A stretch of 64,000 bases of DNA from a virus (lineage: Duplodnaviria; Caudoviricetes). Shown here piece by piece: positions 1-10,132 of this stretch. The translations under genes and the position numbers were made by a program. The stretch lies in IMG/VR virus record IMGVR_UViG_3300028832_000122, positions 1 to 64,000 of that record; one strand, written 5' to 3'. The first letter of the stretch is position 1. Every line of letters starts with the position of its first letter. The notes below the pieces were generated by a model that was not told where the DNA came from, ran no database searches, and saw nothing but the letters and a program-made list of their open reading frames with translations.

Positions 1-1
1 C

Positions 2-757
2 ACCACCACCTGTTGCAACAGCAAAGCACACAGAATCAAGTCCGCTTACATTTGTAGGTATATCAAACGTATAAGGACCAACACCACTTGATTGCTGATC
101 GTAACCGGACGAAACACCCTGCACACACCACGCACCAACATTCGTCAGTGTTTCCTGTTTTGTTGAATCAAAATACAGCGTCCTTGTATAGAACTTACCA
201 AGCGAACACGATACTTTAATCTGTGTTGCTCCTGTCGGAATCATAATCGGCACAAAGCGATACGGAGAAGTGTCAACATCTGATTTGCTTTCAATCGGAT
301 AAAGTCCGGTTGCTTGATTTTTAGCAATAATATATGAAGCTGATGTTGCGTTTGCACTCTTTGCGGATGTTGTTGCCATTGTACCGCTTGACCGTTTCTT
401 CGGATCATAACCACAAATTGCAACATAATCCGGCACAACATTGTCCACCGTAACGGCACAGGTTGCCGTCTGTTCCCCACAGGTTACCGTGATAGTTGCC
501 GTCCCCAATTTCAACGGAGTAACAACCCCATCAGCAACCGTTACAACGGTACTGTCTGATGTACTCCATTCAACGGAATCGGTTGTATTTTCCGGAACAG
601 GCGTGGCTATCAGCGTAAATGGTGTCAATGCAGTAAGGCTTTTTGTCTGTTGATCAAGTGTGATCCCTGTGCATGGGATAGAACCAAAGACAACCGTTTC
701 GATTTTATGTGCTGAAAAATCAGCATCCGGGATAACCAATGTAGTTGCCATCTTCAT
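2..757 (-). CDS. Ig-like (Big_2-type) domain virion/surface protein, 3'-partial (runs off window)
   Basis: Not in ORF track. Manual translation from the ATG overlapping the upstream stop gives MKMATTLVI...CTGITLDQQTKSL...TDSVEWSTSDSTVVTVADGVVTPLKLGTATITVTCG, a typical bacterial Ig-like repeat. Confidence 0.75.
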   Translation of the reverse strand, partial: MKMATTLVIPDADFSAHKIETVVFGSIPCTGITLDQQTKSLTALTPFTLIATPVPENTTDSVEWSTSDSTVVTVADGVVTPLKLGTATITVTCGEQTATCAVTVDNVVPDYVAICGYDPKKRSSGTMATTSAKSANATSASYIIAKNQATGLYPIESKSDVDTSPYRFVPIMIPTGATQIKVSCSLGKFYTRTLYFDSTKQETLTNVGAWCVQGVSSGYDQQSSGVGPYTFDIPTNVSGLDSVCFAVATGGG

Positions 758-2157
758 TACCTCCCCAGCATAAGAATCTGTGCGTTGTCATTGCTATCCG
801 TGTATTTGACTACTCCGACAGCGTTTGCTTCTGTTCCTCCGCCTGTCAGTTTCATGTTTCCGTCAACGGTAATATAATCGCCAACGCTCAAACCGCTTGA
901 AATTCCTACTGATTTTGCAGGAATATATCCTTCTGTCTGGATATAGTCAAAATAAGTGTCCCTATCCACAAGCACACCAAGCGCAGATGGAATGTCCGAA
1001 GCCGCTACCGCTTTTATACCGCCGCTTGTGGCTGTCATTTCATCTGCTCCAACTGTTACAACCGTTCCAACCGGCACGCTTGTCGGATATGTTTTTAATA
1101 CTTTTGCAATATGCGGATGATCCGCAGTACCGCAGAAAACCATAGTGTTTTTATTGTTCACGCCCACGACAAAAATATGGGGAGTAGTTGCAGTATCTCT
1201 GCTTATTCTTACCATTCTGAAATCACAATCATTCAGATGGAATGTGTGTTTCGCTGTGTCAGCTTCTGCCGCTGTATCCCCAAGCCTTATACCAAGACCT
1301 GAACAATGATTGAAAATAACGGTTCCGTTCCCTGTCATTCCTGTCTTTGTGTGCATACCGAAGCACGCACCAAAGTCGCAGTTTTCAAAAATCGCATCTA
1401 CTCCTGCTTCTCTCATTCCTGCGCCGTATGTTATCGCAGGATTGCTCGACATACTCATTCCAACAGGGATAAAAGCGCAGTTTCGCACGATCCTTGTATA
1501 TCTTTTCAGAAACTTGAAATCATCATGTACGCAGTAACGGATTGCCTGTGCTACAATAGTTAGGTTTTCAATTCTGCAACTTCCTTGCAGATTTAGTGTT
1601 GATATATTTCCACGAACCCCAGCTCCGTAATCTACCGTTGAAAGTGCGGCTGTCATGACAATTGATTCCCTGTTTCCAATGCCGATTAGCGAAACACCGT
1701 CTTTCAGTTTCACACCGACCATGCTGTTTTCTGTGTATCCACCCCCAATGTCAGCAGATCTGATTTCCTCATCTGTATATCCTTCAAGCGTGTTATACGT
1801 TCCCGGATAAATATGGATTTCATAAGGATTTTTAACAGGGTCAGCATCTGTTATGCTTTCCGTTGCCGCTTTCAGCGTTGAGAAATCTCCTGATCCGTCC
1901 TTTTTGACGGTGATGATATTCGGATTACTTGCGAAGCGTTCTGTAAAAAACGCACCATTTTTGAACCTTCCGATCACATTCCCATCAGGATCAGACAGGT
2001 CGAGATCAATCCCTGTTTTATTGCTATTTTTATATTCTGCTTTTAGCTGTATTGCGCTCTTTAGATTCTCCACGTCCGCTTCAATCTCAGCGGTACTGCC
2101 TCCGGCTACCGCTTTTGCAAGGGCAATAATCTTCCCTGTATCACTCATCGCCGCCAC
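757..2157 (-). CDS. Tailspike/depolymerase-like protein (pectinesterase/pectin-lyase-like beta-helix) with C-terminal cement-like domain
   Basis: IITVKKDGSGDFSTLKAATESI...YEIHIYPGTY pectinesterase-type start motif followed by beta-helix-like repeats. Confidence 0.65.
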   Translation of the reverse strand: MAAMSDTGKIIALAKAVAGGSTAEIEADVENLKSAIQLKAEYKNSNKTGIDLDLSDPDGNVIGRFKNGAFFTERFASNPNIITVKKDGSGDFSTLKAATESITDADPVKNPYEIHIYPGTYNTLEGYTDEEIRSADIGGGYTENSMVGVKLKDGVSLIGIGNRESIVMTAALSTVDYGAGVRGNISTLNLQGSCRIENLTIVAQAIRYCVHDDFKFLKRYTRIVRNCAFIPVGMSMSSNPAITYGAGMREAGVDAIFENCDFGACFGMHTKTGMTGNGTVIFNHCSGLGIRLGDTAAEADTAKHTFHLNDCDFRMVRISRDTATTPHIFVVGVNNKNTMVFCGTADHPHIAKVLKTYPTSVPVGTVVTVGADEMTATSGGIKAVAASDIPSALGVLVDRDTYFDYIQTEGYIPAKSVGISSGLSVGDYITVDGNMKLTGGGTEANAVGVVKYTDSNDNAQILMLGR

Positions 2158-2356
2158 CTACCTTTACCCATTTCTCGCCCGCAGCGCCGTCTTCGTTGTA
2201 CAGGTATACGTTGCCTGTGTCCACTTCCAGGAACGTGCTTCCGGTTGCGATTTTCTTATTCGTCGGTTTCGTATCGCCTGAAAGGCCGGCGTATTCCATG
2301 TACTTCTTCTTCCCTATGACGACGTCGTGAGCGGCTATATTCCTGATCACGCCCAA
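2141..2356 (-). CDS. Small hypothetical phage protein
   Basis: ORF tightly coupled to neighbours; KPT...ATGSTFLEVDTGNVYLY motif. Confidence 0.6.
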   Translation of the reverse strand: MGVIRNIAAHDVVIGKKKYMEYAGLSGDTKPTNKKIATGSTFLEVDTGNVYLYNEDGAAGEKWVKVGGGDE

Positions 2357-2865
2357 TCACTCTCCCTATATGTTCCGTCTATCAGATAGTTCTGCATCGC
2401 ATGATGCGCTTTCGTCAGTTTATCGATACTGTTACCGTTTACTTCATGTGATAGCAGGGCGAACACACCGTGGCATAACGCTCTATTGCCATCTTCCAAC
2501 TGGTCCACCCTGTCCTCGTAAGCGTTCAGCTGGCGTGTATGACTCTCTATGGACTCCTTGTCATTCGACAGCTTTTTATCAATCTCGGTGAACTGGTTGT
2601 TCACGTCGTCGAACTTCTTGTTCACCTCATTGAACTTCTTCTCAAGCTCCGGGGTCAGCTTAATCATCACCGCATTGGCGATGCGTTCCTCAATCCCCTG
2701 TCCAACCAACTGTTCCCTGTTCTCCCTGCGTTCGCGTTCCTTTCGCATGATCTCAATCACTTTGTAAACGAGAACGACCAGTGCGAGGAGACCCACCAAA
2801 ACGACACAGAATGTCCACAGCATGGACGGGGTGATCCCCTCAATTGCCTGTTCCATTTTTCTCAC
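2347..2865 (-). CDS. Membrane protein with N-terminal TM helix and coiled coil (holin/lysis accessory-like)
   Basis: Hydrophobic N-terminal segment then heptad-rich region; directly downstream of the endolysin. Confidence 0.55.
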   Translation of the reverse strand: MRKMEQAIEGITPSMLWTFCVVLVGLLALVVLVYKVIEIMRKERERRENREQLVGQGIEERIANAVMIKLTPELEKKFNEVNKKFDDVNNQFTEIDKKLSNDKESIESHTRQLNAYEDRVDQLEDGNRALCHGVFALLSHEVNGNSIDKLTKAHHAMQNYLIDGTYRESDWA

Positions 2866-3578
2866 CCCACAATCAAGAATTTGGTCATCATGTACCAGCC
2901 CTTCCGGCTGCCGTAACTGATCTTCGTCCAGTCATAGCCGAACGCATCAATCTTCACCGTCGCACCAATCGGAACATCATCGTAGATCCTGCACTTCGTG
3001 CTCGGTTCCTTCCGCATCTTTACCCACCGTCCGCTTTCTGCGTACACGGTTGCGGTTTCCTGCGTCTTGTCCGGCACCGGCTCGATTGTCACCGGCCCTG
3101 TGGCCTCTTCGCTGTCGCTGATATACTGCTTCTTCAGGCACGCGGCCCGCTTCCATTTCCCGATGGAGGTGTCCGTCTTTGCCGTCGGGCTGGTCATGTG
3201 GATGATCTTCAGCGGACTGACGCTCTTCACAACGCCGATGTGGCAGTAGTCGTTCAGGTCGCCGTTGAATGCGTTTCCGCCTGGTTTGTACCGGCTCGGC
3301 AGGTTGTACCCGCTTTCGCTCGGCGTCCGCATCTTGAACACAACGTCGCCGAACTTCAGGTCTTTGGCGCTCTTGATCGTTCGGATGTCTTCCACCTGGT
3401 TGCGGAACGTCCAGTTCGTTCCGCTTGTTGTGAACGCTACGTCGTTTTTATGCAGGCCGTACTTCACCATCCCGATGCAGTCGCACTCTTTTGTACTGCT
3501 GCACCCGAGTTCGTACTTCGGTTTTGCCTGTACGATTACGTCGCACTTGTCCACAAACTTTTTCCTGGTCGTCGCCAT
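2862..3578 (-). CDS. Endolysin: NlpC/P60-CHAP-like catalytic domain plus SH3b cell-wall binding domain
   Basis: CDCIGMV (Cys) and YCHIGVV (His) motifs; C-terminal VKMRKEPST...WTKISYGSRKGWYMMTKFL SH3-like segment; next to holin. Confidence 0.8.
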   Translation of the reverse strand: MATTRKKFVDKCDVIVQAKPKYELGCSSTKECDCIGMVKYGLHKNDVAFTTSGTNWTFRNQVEDIRTIKSAKDLKFGDVVFKMRTPSESGYNLPSRYKPGGNAFNGDLNDYCHIGVVKSVSPLKIIHMTSPTAKTDTSIGKWKRAACLKKQYISDSEEATGPVTIEPVPDKTQETATVYAESGRWVKMRKEPSTKCRIYDDVPIGATVKIDAFGYDWTKISYGSRKGWYMMTKFLIVG

Positions 3579-3898
3579 TACCCGTTGCTCACCTCCGTTT
3601 CGCCGTCACTTTCATCGGATGTTTCTGCAGGCTTGCCGGATCGCAGGCTGAATTCGATCTTCGCCTTGTCCAGCATCGCAAGAGCACCCTTCTCGTATAC
3701 GGAGTTCTTTGTGTACGCCCACACATTCAGGAGCATGACTGCCGTAACGTTGATGCCCATGTACACGCAGTACAGTGCGGACGCAGGCTGAAGGTAAATC
3801 ACCACACTCAGCCATGTCATGTAGAAGAACCAGAACAGGCTCGTCCACCATGCGAGGCGTTTGCTGAACTGCTGGCGCGGATCCATTCGGTTCGTCAT
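3578..3898 (-). CDS. Holin-like protein
   Basis: 106 aa with two predicted TM helices and a charged C-terminus, immediately upstream of endolysin. Confidence 0.7.
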   Translation of the reverse strand: MTNRMDPRQQFSKRLAWWTSLFWFFYMTWLSVVIYLQPASALYCVYMGINVTAVMLLNVWAYTKNSVYEKGALAMLDKAKIEFSLRSGKPAETSDESDGETEVSNG

Positions 3899-4051
3899 TC
3901 GCCATCACCCATCATCTGATTGATCAGGGCCATGATTGCAAGTCTGCGGGCGATGTCAACAGGAGTATCACCCGTGATGCTCTCCAGCTTTTTTCTCAGT
4001 TTCTCTATCGTCATTTTTTTCTGCCCCCTATATGTACTACCTTACGTATTT

Positions 4052-4081
4052 ATTTTAGCACAATATGTAGTGGTGATACAA
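4052..4081 (-). promoter_or_regulatory. Putative sigma70/SigA promoter upstream of lysis genes
   Basis: On minus strand TTGTAT-18-TAAAAT with TG extended -10; spacer contains ACTACA. Confidence 0.5.
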
Positions 4082-4088
4082 TGAAAAA

Positions 4089-4931
4089 TTAAATACAGTT
4101 TTTCCATGCGGAACCGTTGTAATACTTCGGATCGCATCTTTCAAACGATGTGCCGTTGTAATGCCAAGCTGTACACCAATCAATGTTCCCGTTTTGTTTA
4201 TATACTCGAAAATGTTTCTTTGGGCTTTTTTTATAATCAACGGAAACGGTCACAGTTCCGGACGGGAAACTTCCTTGTGAAGCACTAAGCTTTATTTGAT
4301 TTAAATCATGCAGATAATTTCTTGCTATGTAATTATCATTTCCGTTTGTTATGCTTGTCGAAGCATGTGTTCCACCAGAAGAAATCATGCCATCCCCGAT
4401 GCTCTTACTCCCGGCATACACATAAAAACCAATCAGCGCAGGGGCTGAACTTGAAATATCAACGTTAAATGTATCAAGGCATTCAATCCATTCTGAAGGG
4501 AAATAATCATTGCTCGTTACCGTTGGCGTTGACGTTGCTGAAGAAAGAGTTGCAGTACCAGTCCACGTATAATAGTTGTAATCATAATAGCTAAACTCTA
4601 TAGTTATTGTGCCTGTAAAAACAGGATAAGTTACACCTCCAAGTTCAAGGACAACAGTGCTGCATCCCATAAAATCTTCTATAGTACGATTATACATCCA
4701 TGTTATAGTTGCCTCATCAGAATTTGTTATTTGTGCTCTTGCGATAGCATTGAAATTATTAGGCTCTATAACATAAAAATCCATTCCTGCAACAGTGTCT
4801 GAAGCTTTTATTGTTAATTCTTTTAATGCCTTGACATTCGCAGAAGTAAGAGGAACAGATAAATTGCACAGAGTATGGTGTGCAGTTTCAATATCCCATT
4901 CTTTTGTTGCGGAGAAACTTGATATTTCCAT
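4089..4931 (-). CDS. Hypothetical tail-associated protein (AT-rich module)
   Basis: 280 aa ORF at end of tail-fibre cluster; beta-rich composition. Confidence 0.6.
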   Translation of the reverse strand: MEISSFSATKEWDIETAHHTLCNLSVPLTSANVKALKELTIKASDTVAGMDFYVIEPNNFNAIARAQITNSDEATITWMYNRTIEDFMGCSTVVLELGGVTYPVFTGTITIEFSYYDYNYYTWTGTATLSSATSTPTVTSNDYFPSEWIECLDTFNVDISSSAPALIGFYVYAGSKSIGDGMISSGGTHASTSITNGNDNYIARNYLHDLNQIKLSASQGSFPSGTVTVSVDYKKSPKKHFRVYKQNGNIDWCTAWHYNGTSFERCDPKYYNGSAWKNCI

Positions 4932-4948
4932 ATCTTATTCTCCTTTCA

Positions 4949-6343
4949 TTAAGATTCCGGTTTCAGCCAGATCATTCCCTGAACGGGATTTGCGGGTTCT
5001 GTTGAGGAATACACAATCCCGATGTTACTGTGAACCGTCTGAATCTGATTGCTCGACAGCGTCTGCTGCGAAATGGTCAGCACGTCCCGTTCCAGCTTAT
5101 TCTTCAGGTTCGCGCCGTACACGGTTTCCGCATAAACAGCCTGGTTCGTACTGTTAAAGAACTCAATGCCGTGGTCGTCCGCCGTGTATCCGCCGTCAAC
5201 ATTGATAGCATATGGCACAGGGTTTTCCCGCTCAAGGTATATGTAGTTTGCATCGTACTCGTACTGCCGTCCGCTGTTCTTCGCACTGTTCATGTTCGTG
5301 CTGTTGTTTGCCATCCGCACAACACGGCTTATTGCGGCGCCGATATTGAAATTGATTTCATCCTGTACCGTTCCGACCTGCAGCAGTCCGTACGGGAAGT
5401 TGCTCTGCATGAAACTGGCGAAGTCAACCTCGTACTCCCTGTACGGCGCAAAGGATCCGCTGTATAAACTCGTCCAGTCTGACCTTGTCATCCAGATTGC
5501 TGTGTCCGTGGTGTTTCCGTCCTCAACAAACAGGTATCCTGTCGTTCCGACGGGGTCGCCTGAAGAGAACGGGTTGAAGTTTCCGCTGACAGGCGTTATC
5601 GTCGTCCGTTCTCCTGTCAGTGTCTTGGAAAACTCCAGGGACGTATACGTGCCTGTAATCTTGAACGCCTGCGAGTCGCTGTATTTAATCAGCCGTGCAT
5701 ACCCGTTCGTGTAGTCATACAGATTCCAGTTCGTGGACACAAACGACGTCGGGTCGCTCTGCGTGATTGTGCCCGGGACTTCCTTTGTGTACGTGATGGT
5801 AATGTAGTCGCTTTGGATCGGGTCGCCGTCAATCGTGATGCCGTAGTTCTCCGGGTCTGCGCTCCATCCGTTTTCAGTGCTGTATGTCAGAACGGTCGTT
5901 CCGCTGTTGGAAACGTAGGCAATAAATGTTTCGTCGTCAATCGTCGCCGTCGGGTTGTCAACACCTTCCGGGCGCGTTGCCCATGTAGGCGTCATCGTCA
6001 GCACGTACGGGGAGAAACCTGTATGCACCCGTGTACCTTTGATCAGCATCAGCCATGCGTTGCCGTCCGTGATGGACGCTTCCCCGCCGGATGTCCGCAG
6101 GATAAATGTTTCGTCGCTCTTCTGGCTCGCACTGGTTTCGAGGTTCTCGGCATACGGGATCATCCGCACATGGAATCCGCCGTCCTCGCCTACGGTTTCA
6201 CCGTTAAAGCTTTTGCCTCTCGACCAGATTTCGCTGTCGAGGCTGTCGAGGTTATCGTGGTCTTTTTCATAATCCGGCGCTGCACTGGCGTCCTGCTTGA
6301 TCAGGTTCAGGTGTGTCGTTCTGGTATCTGCCAATTGTATCAT
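4949..6343 (-). CDS. Tail fibre/baseplate-associated protein
   Basis: N-terminal TTHLNLIKQD...DHDNLDSLD tail-fibre-type motif; C-terminal YSSTEPANPVQGMIWLKP. Confidence 0.6.
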   Translation of the reverse strand: MIQLADTRTTHLNLIKQDASAAPDYEKDHDNLDSLDSEIWSRGKSFNGETVGEDGGFHVRMIPYAENLETSASQKSDETFILRTSGGEASITDGNAWLMLIKGTRVHTGFSPYVLTMTPTWATRPEGVDNPTATIDDETFIAYVSNSGTTVLTYSTENGWSADPENYGITIDGDPIQSDYITITYTKEVPGTITQSDPTSFVSTNWNLYDYTNGYARLIKYSDSQAFKITGTYTSLEFSKTLTGERTTITPVSGNFNPFSSGDPVGTTGYLFVEDGNTTDTAIWMTRSDWTSLYSGSFAPYREYEVDFASFMQSNFPYGLLQVGTVQDEINFNIGAAISRVVRMANNSTNMNSAKNSGRQYEYDANYIYLERENPVPYAINVDGGYTADDHGIEFFNSTNQAVYAETVYGANLKNKLERDVLTISQQTLSSNQIQTVHSNIGIVYSSTEPANPVQGMIWLKPES

Positions 6344-6352
6344 CTCCTTGTC

Positions 6353-7330
6353 TTATTTCGTCAGGCTTTCAATATGCTCCAGCCATCTGTCAACCGTGAT
6401 GGCCTCCATCCGCATGCCTTCCATGACCATCCGGGAGCGGACCTGGTTGGAGATCATCATCTTGTCGTTGATCGGTATGTTCGTCCACATATCCTTGTGC
6501 TTCTCGTAGTACTCAGCGAACCGGTACTCCGTGCTGTCGCGGTAGGTCTTGTTCTCCTGGTCGATCCACTCCGGTTTGTTCATCGTGTAGTAGGCGTCGA
6601 AGATCATCATCACGGCGTAGAACGTCGCCTTGTCGCTGATGCCCCGGGACAGGAACTCATCCACCAGTGCGTCGTTGCTGTCCAGCATATTTTTAAAAGT
6701 TTTTAAAATATATTTTGGATCATGACGACATACGCTTTCATCCCGCCACCGCCACAGGTAGAACGGCATCTGGCTGTACTTCACGTTCGGGCTGAGGCTT
6801 TGGCACAGGATGTTGAAATAACTGTCCTCGTGGATGGTCAGTTTGTCATTGAACCGGATATGGTTCTTTGTGAGGTACTCGCGCCTGTGCACCTTGCCGT
6901 GGACAAATGTGCTGTCCATCTCATGGTTTACGTACGTCGGCTCATTCGTCTGCGGGTCGCGTGTTTCCTCAATGAACAGGGAGGTAAGGCTGTCGAACCC
7001 TGTCTTCATCTCCCGGAACACGATCCAAAGCCCGCACACATTGCTGAACATGTCATCTGCGTCGCAGAACATGACATAGTCAGCGGTTGCCCTGTCGAGG
7101 CATGCGTTTCTTGTTGCGGACACGCCTCCGTGCTCAAGCTTGTAGTAGTCGATTCTGAACGGGTAGGATTGCAGGAAGTCTTCCGGCAGAAAAACGTCCG
7201 ATCCGTCATTGCAGATAATGACGCCGACCTCGTTCATGTCCACGTTCTGCTGAACGGCAATGCTGTCCAGCAGCGGTTTCACAACCTCCTTTGTTTCCTT
7301 GTACTGTGGCACCAGGATTTGCAGTTTCAT
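6353..7330 (-). CDS. Glycosyltransferase family 2 (GT-A fold)
   Basis: ILVPQYKE...IICNDGS...HGGVSATRNACLD...YVMFCDADD (DxD)...IHEDSYF motifs. Confidence 0.9.
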   Translation of the reverse strand: MKLQILVPQYKETKEVVKPLLDSIAVQQNVDMNEVGVIICNDGSDVFLPEDFLQSYPFRIDYYKLEHGGVSATRNACLDRATADYVMFCDADDMFSNVCGLWIVFREMKTGFDSLTSLFIEETRDPQTNEPTYVNHEMDSTFVHGKVHRREYLTKNHIRFNDKLTIHEDSYFNILCQSLSPNVKYSQMPFYLWRWRDESVCRHDPKYILKTFKNMLDSNDALVDEFLSRGISDKATFYAVMMIFDAYYTMNKPEWIDQENKTYRDSTEYRFAEYYEKHKDMWTNIPINDKMMISNQVRSRMVMEGMRMEAITVDRWLEHIESLTK

Positions 7331-7348
7331 TATGTATCCTCCTAATTT

Positions 7349-9703
7349 TTATATGCCTACAAATCGTGAGCTGAAGTATGACCAGTTTGTTGCCGCCTGG
7401 TAATCGGATATCATTGAAGACGGAACGTAGATTGTTCCTGTTGTTGGCAGCAATGTTCCTTCAAATGCGTTTGAATTGTTGAGTGACGCCATATAGGATC
7501 CTGTAAGGTATAGCGATCCAAGGACCGCACAGTTTCTGAACGCATTGCTGTTAATTGTGCTGCAATTTGGGAAGCTTATGGTTGACAGTGCTGTACAATT
7601 CGCAAATGCGCTTTCATAAATTGATGCGCACTTCGGGAAGTATGTGGTTACAAGCGATGTACAGTTATAGAATCCCAGCACTGCAATTGATTTGAGTTCT
7701 GGAAAACTAACATTTGACAATGCTACACAGTTGTTGAATGTTCCGTTTGCAATAGAAGAGCACATGGGGAAACTTATTGATGACAGGGAAGTACAATCCT
7801 TAAAAACAGTTCCTCCGATATTTACGCATGATGGGAAGTACGCTTCTTTAAGCGATGCACAGTTAAGAAATACAGCTCCGCTGATATGCTCACACGCAGG
7901 GAAACTCGCAATTGAAAGTGCTGAACAGTTCGCAAACGCATAATTGTAAATGGATGAACACACAGGGAAAATTGCACTTTCAAGCGATGTGCATTCAAAA
8001 AACGCATACGCTGAAATATTCTGACATACAGGGAAACTTATTGTTGTCAATCCTGTGCATGAATAAAATGCAGAAAGCCAAATATTTTCACATAGCGGGA
8101 AGTTTGCACTTTGCAGTGACGTGCAGTTTACAAACGCACTTGAATAAATCCCTGTACATGACGGGAAACTTACAGTTTCCAGCGCCGTGCAGTCAATAAA
8201 CGCATAATATCCGACCCTTGAACAAACAGGAAAACTTGCGTTTCTCAGAGACGCACAACTCCTGAATGCAGAGGATGACATGCTTGTACATGCTGGGAAA
8301 TATGCTTCTGAAATTCCGCATTCACAAAACGCACTGACTCCAATAGACTGGCACGCAGGGAAACTGATGTTTGTCAGTGACGAACATTTATAAAACGCAA
8401 TTTCGCTTACGCTTGTGCATGAAGGGAAATTTGCCGTTGTTAATGAATCACAGAAACGGAAAGCACCAAGCCCAATTTTCTCACACGCAGGGAAATATGC
8501 ACTTTGGAAAGCACAGGATTGGAATGCGTAAGTTGAAATATGTGAACACACGGGAAAACTTATGTTCGTTAGTTGTGAACAGATACCAAACGCATTTCCG
8601 CCTACATATGTACATACGGGGAAATTTGCTTCTGTTAATGAACCGCATCCGTAAAACACATCTGAAGTAACACTTTCACATTCCGGGAAATATGCAGTCT
8701 GAAGAGCCGAACAGCTATAGAATGCATAATCGTATATATTTGAACAAGCAGGGAAGCTTATTTCTGAAAGAGAATAGCAACAGTAAAAAGCATGCGAACC
8801 AATATCAGTACATGCCGGGAAACTTGCATTCTTTAGCTTCATGCATCTGTCGAACGCACTGTCTGAAATTAGCTGAACGCTTTCTGTATTGCATATATTT
8901 TCAAGATTTGAGTATTTGGAAAAGCATAATGCCGGAATTGCGCTCGCTTCTGACCAATAGACCGTGTTGAGTGTGCTGCTGATATTGCTCCATCCGTAAA
9001 GCGAGGAAGAAGAACCGATGCCAGAACCGGAGAACCACACAGTAGAATCATCGAGATCCCTGAACCATACGCAGTCAGGGAACGGACTGTACGGATTGTA
9101 TCCAGGAACAATAGACGACACCATTGTTATTGATGCATATTTATATGTCAGCGTTCTTTTTGAAGAAGCGTTCGCAGCTGTAATTGTTGCTTGTGCTGTA
9201 CCGCTATTATACAGGTGAATAATATAACTTCTGCTTGAATTAAGAAATACGCTTACAGAAACATTGTTAACAGAAAATGAAGATGTAACGGGCAGCATTG
9301 TATTTTTGCCAACAGTTGTTCCGGTTATTACTCTCCTCGACTTTGCACCAACTGCTATCGATACTCCTGTTGTCGTAGATATCTGGTATGTAAGCGTTGA
9401 TGTGGGAAAGCTTACAGATGATGAATACGACACAGTGTCAGGCACCATAGGCAGAGTATCAAGTGCCATCGCCATTTGGAACGCTTCCTGTGTCCCGATG
9501 TACACGCTGTCATGAATATACTTTTCAGACTTAATGGGCGCAGCGAGTTCGTTCCAGTCCACGGTGCGGCCGTATGGCAGGTCATGGATCGCACTCACAA
9601 ACCCGCCCGGGAAACTCAGTGACGCACTCGTATCTCCCTTGTAACGGATCTCATCCGCAATAGAGGTCAGTTCCTGTGCGTCAACAACATAATTCGTAGG
9701 CAT
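7349..9703 (-). CDS. BspA-type leucine-rich repeat (LRR_5) protein, probable receptor-binding/adhesin
   Basis: 20 consecutive 21-22 aa repeats FPxCxxIxxxAFxxCxxLxxxx; capping segment TGTIYVPSSMISDYQAATNWSYFSSRFVGI. Confidence 0.9.
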   Translation of the reverse strand: MPTNYVVDAQELTSIADEIRYKGDTSASLSFPGGFVSAIHDLPYGRTVDWNELAAPIKSEKYIHDSVYIGTQEAFQMAMALDTLPMVPDTVSYSSSVSFPTSTLTYQISTTTGVSIAVGAKSRRVITGTTVGKNTMLPVTSSFSVNNVSVSVFLNSSRSYIIHLYNSGTAQATITAANASSKRTLTYKYASITMVSSIVPGYNPYSPFPDCVWFRDLDDSTVWFSGSGIGSSSSLYGWSNISSTLNTVYWSEASAIPALCFSKYSNLENICNTESVQLISDSAFDRCMKLKNASFPACTDIGSHAFYCCYSLSEISFPACSNIYDYAFYSCSALQTAYFPECESVTSDVFYGCGSLTEANFPVCTYVGGNAFGICSQLTNISFPVCSHISTYAFQSCAFQSAYFPACEKIGLGAFRFCDSLTTANFPSCTSVSEIAFYKCSSLTNISFPACQSIGVSAFCECGISEAYFPACTSMSSSAFRSCASLRNASFPVCSRVGYYAFIDCTALETVSFPSCTGIYSSAFVNCTSLQSANFPLCENIWLSAFYSCTGLTTISFPVCQNISAYAFFECTSLESAIFPVCSSIYNYAFANCSALSIASFPACEHISGAVFLNCASLKEAYFPSCVNIGGTVFKDCTSLSSISFPMCSSIANGTFNNCVALSNVSFPELKSIAVLGFYNCTSLVTTYFPKCASIYESAFANCTALSTISFPNCSTINSNAFRNCAVLGSLYLTGSYMASLNNSNAFEGTLLPTTGTIYVPSSMISDYQAATNWSYFSSRFVGI

Positions 9704-9891
9704 CAGAAACTCACCCCCGTTGCGCGTTCAAGCGTACCAGTTACCGGCGCTCCGCTTGCGTCATGCGCCGTATATCCTTCAATGATTTTGTCCGGCTCAA
9801 CAGTGTCCTGCGTAAGGTCAATCAGCGTAACGCCACCGGCAAGAACGACCTTGTTGACATATTCATTGTTGGCCATATCACCACGCTCCAA
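9703..9891 (-). CDS. Small tail-associated hypothetical protein
   Basis: VNKVV...TLIDLTQDTV...GYTAHDASGAPVTGT motif; coupled to neighbours. Confidence 0.6.
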   Translation of the reverse strand: MERGDMANNEYVNKVVLAGGVTLIDLTQDTVEPDKIIEGYTAHDASGAPVTGTLERATGVSF

Positions 9892-10132
9892 TCGTCACGG
9901 TCTTTCCGCCCTGCGGATTATCCTCTTCGGTAACCGGAATCCTGTTGATCGTTACGTCATCTGTCATCACCCGTCCGTACGTGCGGAGTTTCTTCGCATA
10001 GTAGAACGAAGCATCCTCACTGTACGGGCCGTCATAATACAGATGGTACTCTCCGCCTTTTTCAATATCGAAGTCAACCGTCTTCCAGCTCAGGTCAACT
10101 TCAAGCGTGATGTCGAGAGATTCACCTACCAT
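9878..10132 (-). CDS. Small tail-associated hypothetical protein
   Basis: Coupled ORF in tail cluster. Confidence 0.55.
   Translation of the reverse strand: MVGESLDITLEVDLSWKTVDFDIEKGGEYHLYYDGPYSEDASFYYAKKLRTYGRVMTDDVTINRIPVTEEDNPQGGKTVTIGAW

Noticed and set aside
7349-9703. Diversity-generating retroelement targeting the LRR gene
   Set aside because: No reverse transcriptase and no near-identical template/variable repeat pair differing at adenines seen in the window; cannot exclude one outside it
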